A stretch of 64,000 nt of DNA from contig CM119265.1 in the NCBI GenBank assembly GCA_051294375.1, positions 2,827,292 to 2,891,291 of the forward strand. Direction: 5' to 3'. The notes under the pieces were generated by a model. The model saw only the letters and a list, made by a program, of their open reading frames with translations. It was not told the origin of the DNA and did no database searches. This DNA comes from Paraspadella gotoi. Taxonomy: Eukaryota > Animalia > Chaetognatha. Below are positions 51,447-61,904 of this stretch, in pieces; positions within the stretch are counted from its first letter, which is position 1; each line of letters begins with the position of its first letter. The position numbers and the translations under genes are program-made.

Positions 51447-53765
51447 ATGGCATCCCGCAACTGCGTCGGTATGTGGCAATTGTGGCATCATCGTCTTTCG
51501 TAAATTCTTCCTCGTTTTCTCTATCGTTTCTTTATATTTCACTTTTCTCACATTTCGCAATTCAAAGTTTGTGGGTAAACAAACAAAGGAGCATCTGCCT
51601 AGTTATTTTAAACTTGAAATATTGTACTTCACCAATTAGATTTGCAAGCAACAATAATTTCATCATACACTTCAGGGACCGAAAATAGAGAGAGATACAA
51701 CATCTTCACTCCAGGAAGTAAAATTCCATAATTTGATCCGTTCGACTCTTCACTGAAACATAATCAACTCGTAGGTAACTAAAGACAATAATACTAATAT
51801 ATAATACTAATTAATAGTGTATAGTTTGAAAGAGACTCGATCAATAGAGTCCTGCATTCCTTGGTTTAAAGTTGTGTTCACATGAGATTGATGGAGAAGT
51901 CCCTCTCAGTTATCAAAAAAAATTGCTGACACAAAAAATATCATAATAGCTCATACTGATATAAAATAAGCACCAAACGCGTTAATTATTTAGTATACTC
52001 TTAACCCATGGCATATTTAAATTGTCTACGTATCCCCAGCAGGAACTCAAAAGTTTGAAAACTCCTGAGCTATTTTTAGCTCATTGGTAATATTGGTATT
52101 ATAAGTCACCCACAAAAATTTGGGTTTACAGAAATTGAAAATTTTTGGGTAATATTGATTGATGCTTCATTCTTTCAAATTTTAACAATACTCAAAGCAC
52201 TGATGAAGGCTTGAATGAAAGCCGAAACTTGTCTGTACATTAAAATAAAATCGTTGCTGTAACAAGACTTTGTCTTCATTTTCAATTACCTAAAACACAA
52301 CGAAAGAAAGTTTAATCACAACAATACTCTTCATAACAAAGATCACAGGCCTATCGACTGCAGTCAAATGGCTCGATTTATCTCGACGAATTCTAAAGAC
52401 AAAAACGAAATTCAATTGAACAAAACTAACATTTTGAAGCTTAAATCGAAAATAGATTTTTGCGAATTGAAATACGTGAAGAACTTTGAGAGTAAACTCT
52501 ATTTTTTTTCAGCTTTGTTGATGATGCGAGGGTTGTTGTTGTTGTTGGTATACTCCAAACAAATTTCACGACCTCATTTTATTTAAACTACAGGGCGATT
52601 GGTTGTATGAATACTTTCTCCATTTTATAAATTATCACAAAAATGAGAAAAAGTTTTCGTTGGTCTGGACGAATTCCTGGACACATCGGCACATTCGAAG
52701 AGCTGGCGCCGCCGACGAGCCAACGGTGAAACTTTTACTCATAGATGGTAACTTTTGAAAACATTCGTAGATAGCGAACTGAATTTGGCATCATTCATAG
52801 TCATAAGTACCCAATTACTGATTTAGAAGAAAGTCGGTTGCTTAAGGAAACAAAAGAAAATTGTGTTTATCAAAAAGTATTCATCAAAATATCAAACGTA
52901 GTCCCACATACAAGTCATTTTGATAAAAGCACATTTAAAAATATTGTTCCTTAATGTTATAAAAATACTAAAAACAGATTCTCTCTGTATCCCCAACCGA
53001 CACTGACAGGCGGATTTCTTGAATATTCCTTCGTGATATTCTTTTCGGATCACGGATTTCGTTACGAAGAAATCCGTCAGACTTTGTCTTTGGCGGGAAA
53101 ATACGAGGAACTGATGCCTTTTCTGAATTTCCTTCCGCCTAAAAGGTTCGAGATCGAATACAAATACCGCAATTTGGTGAGAAAAGGTTGACGACCAATT
53201 TCGACATCTATCAAACTTTATTGGATCTCGCGGCTTTGGGATCGTCAACAGTTTGAAACGGGTAGGAATTTTGATGAAGATACAACATCTATTTCCAGAA
53301 GACAACACTAAAGTCAACTATGGTTCCGGGTGTTGCACCTGGTTATTGTTTCTATGCCCCATACTTTTTTTTAAACTACTATCCGTATCTTTTGTGTCCC
53401 TTCCGCAGCTATGGAACGGGTACTGAACCCGGTACCTAACGATTCTAAGCTGATGGCTTTAGTCAATAAGTCAGCATCAGTTTTTCTTAATTTTGAGTCA
53501 AAATTAAGAAAAACTAAGAAAACGTAAGAATTTTTAAAAGTTATAATTATATTTTTTGGTTTAACTTTTTATCAGAATCCATGGAAATATTACAATTTTA
53601 AACTTTTAAAAAAATTTTTAGTACCTAAAGACAAAAGTTTTGAAGCCCCGCCCGTTTTGATTTGAATTTTTAGTAAGTATCTAATTAAAGCATTTAATAT
53701 TCCGAAATTCAAGGCAGTCTTCAAATCTTCCGTTCGCGGACGGCGTCAGGTTTCGTTATTCTCGG
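51447..53765 (+). pseudogene. Decayed third DUF229 paralogue
   Basis: Exon remnants: 51677-51773 (YNIFTPGSKIP*..FDPFD, disrupted), 52594-52748 (GDWLYEYF..WTNSWTH..AADEPT), 53010-53261 (FFSDHGFRY..LTTNFDIYQTL with deletion/frameshift), 53714-53765; central and last exons not found. Confidence 0.75.
52197..52236 (+). ncRNA. Minimal type-I hammerhead ribozyme-like motif (Penelope-like remnant)
   Basis: GCA-CTGATGA-A-GGC-ttgaatgaaa-GCC-GAAAC-TT-GTC-TGT, with AATAAA ~10 nt downstream. Confidence 0.6.
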
Positions 53766-54347
53766 TATAAATGCTGAAGTGTTACTGTTTCTGGCTAATT
53801 TTCTTCTAGAAATTTGTTATCGTATGACGTATAGGCTTTGAAATTTTAGGTTAACTCGATGCGAGTCGATCACTTCGTGTTTTTTTTCCAAAAAACTGAC
53901 TAAAAAAAAACTCAGTTATTTATCGACGTTTGACTAGATAAAAATTCATTAAAATCACTTCAGCTAAAATTTTTATTAATCAAGCACAAACGAAATTAGT
54001 TTCAATGAAAAATATAAATCGTTCTTTTGTAAATGTATTACAAAAATGGGTACAAAAAGCATGTTTAGTTGTTTACGCCATTAAATTGATTCAAGAGTCA
54101 AAAAAAGCGTGCGATACGTGACACGGGTTCACTGATGAAGTCCACCATACAATATACACGTCGCAATACTATTGCAAAAGGCCAAGATGAACCACGCTGA
54201 GAGATTAGGGATTTATTGGCGACGTTTGGATTATTTTTATTAAATTAAGATTTGACCTGAAAAAGAAAAATAAAACGCAATGGTAACGAAAGCAACTTTA
54301 AGACTTCAGCGGAAACCAGAAACTGGATAAGAAAAAACAAGGGTTAC

Positions 54348-54547
54348 TTTTACTTTCACCGACCGGGGTTAGGTAGGGGGTTAGGGTTAAGGGTGGTTTA
54401 AGAGTGGTTTAGGGTTAAGGTTGGTTAGGGTTAAGAGGGTTTAGGGTTAGGATAATTAGGTAATATTTTTTTAAACTTTGTTTTAAAAATAAGTATTTTT
54501 AAATGATTTTTTAAAACCTTCCAAAACCGCGGTCGGCGAAAGTAAAA
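54348..54547. mobile_element. MITE with TIR TTTTACTTTCRCCGACCG and internal TTAGGG-like repeats (copies at ~59674-59851; diverged at ~61530-61752)
   Basis: 18-bp terminal inverted repeats visible; the second copy is in the opposite orientation. Confidence 0.7.
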
Positions 54548-54863
54548 TTTAGCCAAAAGCAATTTAAACAATGAAATTCGGTGACATTTTCAAAGAAAAT
54601 CAAGGGGAATTAAAACTAATACGTTATTACGGGAAATCTAATTAGTTCACATAAATCTTGTTTACCGCGCTGTTTACAATCTGCATCAAACTAACTTTTA
54701 CCGATGAATATTATGGATCTGGGAAATCTTAAAAAAAATCCCAACTCGAGTTTTTTTAATTAAACAATGAAGTGCGATGGATATTTATGAATATTATCAA
54801 GTTTGGTGAAATCTTTCCGAAACAAATCTGTCCGGAAGTCAAGACGTCATCGTCTTTCTCTTC

Positions 54864-55292
54864 TCATCGATATGCACGACGAGGCGATCTCGAGCGGTAG
54901 CGTTCGTAGGATCGCGACCGGGAGCGCGACCTTCTCCTTGGCGGCGGCGAGTAGCGTCGATAGTCGTCACGACCGTCCCGTCCGTCCCGGCCGTCCCGTC
55001 CATCGCGCCCGTTGTCCCTCGGTCGACCACGCCCACCACGTCCGCCGCCGTGCGAGATTTCGACGCGAACTCTGCTGGAACCGATGCGCGTCCCGTCTAA
55101 TTGTCGACAGGCGTCGCCGGCGTCGCGAGGATCTTCGAACTCGACGAAGGCGAAGCCGGGTGGATTCTTCGCCACCCAAACTGACTTTAAGGCGCCGACT
55201 TTGGAGAAGGGCTCGCGAATTTCGCCCTCTGTGGCCCGGGGATCTAGGTCACCCACGTAGACCTTGGCTTCGTTGAAGGGGCGACGGGACAT
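54864..55292 (-). CDS. SR splicing factor, SRSF3/SRSF7 (Rbp1/9G8)-like, single coding exon
   Basis: [46 protein letters not shown] followed by RD/RS repeats; no zinc knuckle; ATATAAA on the minus strand at ~55363-55369. Confidence 0.92.
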   Translation of the reverse strand: MSRRPFNEAKVYVGDLDPRATEGEIREPFSKVGALKSVWVAKNPPGFAFVEFEDPRDAGDACRQLDGTRIGSSRVRVEISHGGGRGGRGRPRDNGRDGRDGRDGRDGRDDYRRYSPPPRRRSRSRSRSYERYRSRSPRRAYR

Positions 55293-56351
55293 CGCCAGGG
55301 TTTTGGAGGGGCTGCGCCGGTGGAGGAAGATGAAGACTAAGTCCGAAGGAAATTGGGCTTCGTTTATATCTTTCCTGGAGAGAAAATTTAATAGAGCAAC
55401 ACTTTAATAACAAGATACATTATTCAAAAATTGAGAGGTATTGCGAAAAAAGTAAATATCAATATGGTATTACGGTCTTGATTAAAATAAAGAATTATTC
55501 AGGGTAAACGCTAGCGACCAGCTTCCCTCTTTTAAAATTCGTCTGCTTCATCGATTTTCTTTTTTTCAAAATTCAATTTCCGTTTCTTCGTCTCTTTTGT
55601 TTTCTCCTAACGGAATTCTATAGAATCAAATTGAACAGAAAAAAAAACAAAGAAGCAACAGGTTAATAACTTTCTCAAGCCTTGAGTCAAGGACGAGGTT
55701 ATAAAGAAATTTTAAGGCGATTATATTGTAGTTATGTAATAACTCCGCTGACCAGTTTTTAAACTTTTTTTTTTCATATAGCGTATCTCACTTTGAAATT
55801 TCCCTAAGATTTCGTTTTAAATTACTTAAAATTCTTTTTCGTCGAGTAATTCAGTTGGACAACAAGAGTTCTTTGTCTTCAACTTGAAGTTCAAGCAAGC
55901 AAATACAAGCAATGACGATTATTTAAATGCTTCCCTCCTCCAAAGTTTAAAAAAAAAGTTCTTTATAAAATTTAAATTAAAAAAAACAACAACTAATAAG
56001 GCCTGTCCTTGTGCCTCGAAACGTGTGGCTTAATTTTTTTTTTTTTTTTTTTTCACGGATTTCAAACAAAAATGTCATTGTGATCATCTTGGTCTTCATG
56101 AAAGTCTATCAGCGAAAATCAATGCCAACAACGCACTGCCTTAAAAATAATACTGCATTATTTTAGTTCATAGTTGATACAATTGGTGTAATTTATGTTT
56201 CGTACTTGTTGTGGACTCGTAATCTAACCAAAATCAATGCGGCTCAGATCATCGAAATTCCTATTTCTCGTTTACTTTTAACTACAATTTTTTTTTAAAT
56301 CTTTCTTCAAAATTTCAGGCTCGCTTCTCCCCCCCCCCCCATCAACTGATA

Positions 56352-58323
56352 ATGTCTTCCCCTCCCGCCCGACTCTTTCCCGGAGTCGGCCTCCTTCTCG
56401 CATTCGTGGACGTTACCTGCATCACTTACGGCGAACTCTTGGTCGTAGTGACGCCGCGGTTGTCGGCGCTCACTTTCGCCTGGATCGACGCCGCCGCTTT
56501 CGCCGTCTTCCTCGTTCCAGTCTTCGCATTCGGACGCCGGAATCCGTTGGCGCCAAAGCGGCGCGATTTGGCGCTTTTATTCTTCAACGGTGAGTTTAGA
56601 GTAATGAAAATTCTATATTTTGATCGAATTACATACATATTTATTAAATGAATGGATAGTATTTTGATGCTGGGCGGAGTACAATTTAGTATTCCCCGAT
56701 CTAATACTTAAGATAGTGGTCTTTTCATACAATTAAAATATTCTTTCAAACATTATACTACTCCCTGATAGGGAGGCCAAGAACCTGCTATGTACCTCTG
56801 TCGTTATCTTGTAAGAGTGATGGAGGCCTTAAACCACCAAAGCCTGTCCAAAGTCAGGGGCAAGATAGCTTATTTATCAAATGAATGGATAATTTTTATA
56901 TTGTTTGTACCAATTTCATACAATTCTCACAGTTAGAGGTAGCGAGAGAAAGAGAGAGAGGGAGAGAGAAAGAGAGAAAGCCGAGAGGAAACAAAGGGAG
57001 AAGGGGTCGTCTAGAGGTTGTCTTCTCCTAACCAGCGTGGGTAATATTCGTCCCCACGACCCACGACCCACTAATCTAAACAAACGTCACTTCAAACTCC
57101 AGGTTCCAGCGAAGTATTTTGTCACGTGTTCGCGATTGCGTCTGTGCAATTAGCGCCTCTCGGTGACGTCGTGGCATTGTGGAGCGCGGCCATCGTGATG
57201 GTGCCCTTGGTCGAGTGCCTCGTGGATCTGCGGGGCCAATGCGAGGATCCTCGGGACCAACGCTTGAATAGACGTTGCCAATGCGACGACGCCCTTCGTC
57301 TTGCCTTCGTCGTTTTAGCCGTCGTCGGCGTCGTCGTCGTTTCGTCGTCGTTTCGTCTTCGGAGACGCCAAGACGATCGACCTCGGGCGACGCCTGGTGG
57401 GTTACGCCTACGCCATCGGCAACGCCATCGCCGCCACGCTCAGCTATGTCATGGTGGCCCAGTTGAGTCACGTGCAATTGGGCAGTCGTGGATGTTTACT
57501 TCGTTCCCGCCGCGGTCTTGGTGAGAAATTTGGTTCACTTTGTAAATTGTAAAGTTTAAATGTTTTATATTTTTTTATATATCAAAGCCAATTTAGCAGC
57601 GGTACCCAGCTGAAGACTCTTTGCCCATCCATTGGCTAATAGTCTAATCTCTATAATTGCCTCTCTCTCACTCTTTCTCATTAATTCTTTCTCACTGTGA
57701 CTCTCTCTTTTCCTCAGTTATTGTTAAAAACGCTCATTTACACCCCGAGGTCGTGGTCCTTATAATATTCTCCTTTCAAAAACAGAAAATTTCCTGTCTG
57801 TCATGAAATATTTTATTAACTGGCATTGCGGTTAATAATATCGGTTTGAAGAGACAGTAATTATTATTATGTGTTAGTGACAGAACCTTTGTTTGTCGGT
57901 TAAATGGTAAATACGTCGTCCTAATCTAATTCATCATAATAAGTTTATAACCCACTCCTGCCTCTTTTGACCTACTTCTTCCGCCTCTCCCCCGCCGCAT
58001 CCGCCGCTGCAGCGCCGCTTCCCCGCGATTACTTAGCAGCCGCCGTCTCCGGTCTCCTCGACGTCATCGGATGCTCCTTCGGCGTTCTCTCCCAACAGAT
58101 CGTCAGCGCCTCCACCGTGACGCTCATCGGGTCTTTGGAGATCCCCTTGGGCTACTTGCTGGACTTTGTCTTCACTGGAGAGACGCCTTCGTGGAGCACG
58201 TTGGGCGGAGCAGGGCTCATCGCTGTCTCTGTTGTCGGGTCGTCGATAGTTGAAATCGTTAAAGAGAAGGAGGAAGAGGATCATTTAGAATTAGAAAAAA
58301 AGAAATTGTTGAATCAAATCTAA
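56352..58323 (+). CDS. EamA/DMT transporter, SLC35G-like
   Basis: Hydrophobic exons 56352-56589, 57103-57520 (ASVQLAPLGDVVAL) and ~57960/58013-58323 (SASTVTLIGSLEIPLGYLLDFVFTGETPSWSTLGGAGLI); apparent 1-bp insertions in exon 2. Confidence 0.75.
56638..56922 (+). repeat. Family A dispersed copy containing an intact putative twister (56803-56869)
   Basis: 43-nt core identical to 10891-10933; P5 extends to 10 bp (56803-56812/56860-56869); other parts of the monomer are deleted or diverged. Confidence 0.8.
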
Positions 58324-58573
58324 ATAGTGTTGTGACTCCTAAATTCGCCTCCCGTATAGCTTGGTGAAACTCAGCTCGTCCCATTGGCTTGGACAGCTGA
58401 CTACTCGTTCACCAACCGTGAGTTCCGGGTTCCATCCCCTCACAGTCACGCTGGTTAAGTGTGATCGGTGTTGGTGTTGGCAAAATACGCAAGTAGTACA
58501 AATTTATTGAATCTATTTGATTTAGATACTGAATCAAAATATCTTGTTTTCTTCAGAAAAACGTTCAGACTGG

Positions 58574-58871
58574 AGTGATGTAATATCACTACCCGTTGGA
58601 TACGACTGTTCCTGCCATCAGCGCCGTAGTCACGCACTGGGATAACGCTTCATCTCTGAACCCACTGGTCACGGGTTCTAGCCTTGGTTGGAACAGTCCT
58701 TGCAAAAAAAAAAGTGAGGGGCGGGTTAAACCACCAGTAGCAAGCCTACCGCGGAATCCAAAGTTCCAGAAAGCAAAGCAACTGTCGGAAAAATCTCCCA
58801 GACCCACTGAGCGCACTAAGATTGGCTGTTATCCACACTCGCAGAGAGGGATGGCGACCCTCTCGGTCACT
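58574..58871 (+). mobile_element. Repeat family C: hairpin, tRNA-like head and twister-like core (58694-58784); diverged reverse piece at ~45010-45160
   Basis: AGTGATGTAATATCACT hairpin; GGGTTCTAGCC; AGT-GA-GGG-GCGGGT-TAA-ACC-AC-[GTAG/CTAC P3]-GGAA-TCCAAAGT-TCC. Confidence 0.72.
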
Positions 58872-59099
58872 TTACTGATTTTTATGAAATCAATGCTAGA
58901 TAATAGACATTGTATTATTTCTTTCGTTTCGTTGCGTTTTAAAATTTAGTGAAATCAATGTTTTAAAATTTAGGGTTATGCTACTTAATGTGTGAATTAT
59001 TTGACAATGAAAACAGTTTCTCGTGCAAATTATGTAATATGTTTAACGGATGTATTCAGTCCGATATAGAGTAAAATCGATAAACGCTGTAGCCGAATG

Positions 59100-61449
59100 T
59101 CAATCTTTATAAACGGCGAAGACCGTAGCCGAGAGCAAATAATCATCGTTCTGTACAGAATGAGTCACATAATTGTCGTAATTTTGATGCCACAAAAATC
59201 GCGCCGCTGAGACGATGCCGACAACGCCGCGCCGCTCGACCAAGGACGCCGTAACCACGAATCTGAGAGAGAGAGAGAGATAGAGAGAGAGAGAAAACAA
59301 TTCCAGAAATCTAATCGTTTATTATTATTATTATTATTATTATCATCGCAGGAGAACCAATCTAACCCAACGTAGAACCGGATCGAAGGACCAGGCGATC
59401 TCCGCATAATCGGAATCGTCGAATCATGATTGGTCAAGGAAAAATAGAAAAATAGACCTAGCTTTCCTTAGTTTCAGTAGAATTGATCTGTACTCCTGCG
59501 TGTGTCTCACCGTCGCCTTTTTATTCTCAGAATAAATCTCGTTTTGATTTCATACAAGAAATCCATGAGTTTTTCCTTAAATGTGGTGGCAGCCGTTGGA
59601 TTCGAACCCACGCCTCCGAAGAGACTGGTTATTATGTTAACGTCAAATTATTTTAAAACTTAAAAGGATTAAATTTGACTTTTGCCGATCGGGGTTTTAG
59701 CGTCTTTTGAAAAAAACCACTTAAAATTAGTTAATAATATTTTTAAATTAAAAAAAAAACAAAAAACGAACGAACCCAAACCCTAAACCCTCTTAACCCT
59801 AACCTACCCTTAACTCTAAACCCCCCCTAACCCCGGTCGGCGAAAGTAAAATTACCCACTCAAAAGGTTTTTAAACTCACAATTCCATGAATTTGTAAAA
59901 CATCTTTGGTATCTTTCTATTATCTGTGCATTTGTTTGAAGATTAATTCGAACTTTATGGGCACCTGTATCGTTCGTACTCCAAACTTTTCATTTCGTCT
60001 CGCAGCGAGTTGCAAAGCAGCTTGATCATCGGCCCTGATAGTAAATTAGTATAATTAATATAATAATTATAAATTTTAAAAATAGTAAATAATAGTAAGA
60101 TTAATATAATAATTATAAATTTTAAAAATAGTTCCGCTTTGGCGCTCCTCACCCGCGTAGGCAGAATGAAACTGAGTCTTCAATTTTTCGAAGGAAATTT
60201 CCAGCGCCTCGTCCAAAATGGATTTGGCGGCGGCGGGACTGAAGAGACGTTTGGGGCGAAGTCGGTAGGTTGGTTCTGGATTGGATCGATCAATCAATCC
60301 ATCGATTAAAAATCAATTTATGAAATTTATTAATTTATTTATTTATCACAGTAAGTATATGCCGAATAGGTCAATCGATCTTTAAACATTTAATCAAACT
60401 GCCAAAGCAATTCAATCCAATAGGCAATTGGTCAATCGTTCAATAAATAAAACCAAATTTTTAATCGTTCATTAATTAATTAATTCCATAGATCAATCAG
60501 AGACTTAAATCTTGAAAAAAAACTATAGATAGGCAAAAAAATAATGATTGTGCTTGTTATTGAGTCATTAAAAATAACCTGGCACATTTGAAACTGAACA
60601 AGCCAAATTTAATTATGTACCAAATTTAATCTTTGTTTCCATTTCGGACAAAGATTTTTTTCTCTCCACGTCCAACACAGAGCCTCTTCTCCACTGATTG
60701 GACAAACGCCAGTTGAGAGATAGACGTTGGTCTGTTGAAACATTACAATTTTTATTGTCTGTCTCTCTCTCTATCTCTCTCTCTCTCACCATGTTTTAAT
60801 TCAACTCCCTCCCTCGTCGGAATCTTCATTCTCTCTCTTTCCAATCGTTGCTCTTTTGTTCGGAGAATCGAGTTTCTTTGGGCGAGCGACGCTGGCGCCG
60901 CTGGAATAACTGCGGCGTAATTTGAAAACAACAAAGGAGGAAAAAAGATTGTATAATATTATAAATTTTTATTCATATTTCACAATTTACAATTAGATTT
61001 TTCAGATCATATTCATTTTAATTGTGCTTACAATTAATCATGCTTCCTACCTTCGAACAGGCCATGGTGAGTTAATGCTTTTTCCATTAATAATAACATT
61101 AGCATTAATAACATTAATATTAACACGAGTTTTAAAAACATTTGGTCCTGTAATTGTTAGTAGTCACTGATTCAACGTTTCAGTTAATGTCTTTGCAACT
61201 CTGTTGCTTTCTAAATTCTATTTCCTTACCCTCGCTCGTTCAAGGTAAGGAAACCTCACCCGCTTCGGAAAATCTCTCGTTTCTCGGTCGCTGTTGAACG
61301 CTGCCCCGTTTTGGCGGCTGCGGCGGCTTCGGATGTTGATGTTTAAGTTGCTGTTGCTGCTGAAGCTGCGCGCGGGCGACGATTTCACCTTCGTCGCCAT
61401 CGGTGCTGGTCATCGCCACAGACGGAGAATCCAAGTGTTTCGTATCCAT
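59100..61449 (-). CDS. Tctex-1 domain dynein light chain (TCTEX1D-like)
   Basis: Exons 60275-60153 (EPTYRLRPKRLFSPAAAKSIL), 60034-59965 (LRDEMKSLEYERYR) and 59262-59100 (FVVTASL..ARFLWHQNYDNYVTHSVQNDDYLLSATVFAVYKD*); the first exon (~61449-61260) and middle exons are less certain. Confidence 0.82.
59584..59628 (-). pseudogene. 3' half of tRNA-Leu including encoded CCA
   Basis: Minus strand CCAGTCTCTTCGGAGGCGTGGGTTCGAATCCAACGGCTGCCA-CCA matches the variable arm, T arm and acceptor of eukaryotic tRNA-Leu(AAG/TAG); the 5' half is absent. Confidence 0.8.
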
Positions 61450-61904
61450 AATTTTCGGGTCGAATATTTATCGTTTTAATATATTTTAATTTTAATATTA
61501 AATAATTGGCAAAATTACGCGTTCACTGTTTACGATTTTCCAGTCGGTGATTTTTGGTCTTTCGCTTTTTAAAAAAAAAGAACGCTGGTAGGAATGCAAA
61601 AACTTTTATCAAAAACTACCCTTTACCCCCAGATCAGCACTTACCCCTAACCACTCCTAACCAACCATAATCCATAATATAAAAAAGGTAATGATATATG
61701 TAAATTTAAAAAAATAAACCGACTGGGTAGATTCCAGTCGAGGAAAGTAAAATAACGCCAAATATTTTTTATTTAATATTTTGTCTTTGTTACACNNNNN
61801 NNNNNNNNNNNNNNNNNNNNCCCATAATTATCGAATTAATCATAATTTGGATAGATAAAGAGATTAAATTTTTGTGTGTGTAGAAGTGTGTGATTGAGCA
61901 GATA

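Noticed and set aside
54132-54150. CTGATGAAGTCC as a hammerhead
   Set aside because: No downstream stem II closure or GAAA.
54366-54460. Interstitial telomere
   Set aside because: Degenerate TTAGGG-like units enclosed by TIRs and repeated elsewhere; better explained as a MITE interior.
37815-57490. Frameshifts in DUF229 paralogues 1/2 and the SLC35G-like gene as pseudogenisation or programmed frameshifting
   Set aside because: Isolated 1-bp indels in otherwise conserved exons match the error pattern seen between the duplicated assembly copies.
58350-58450. Possible tRNA gene (also reverse ~53405-53475)
   Set aside because: Only loose A/B-box similarity and no closed cloverleaf; probably decayed SINE heads.
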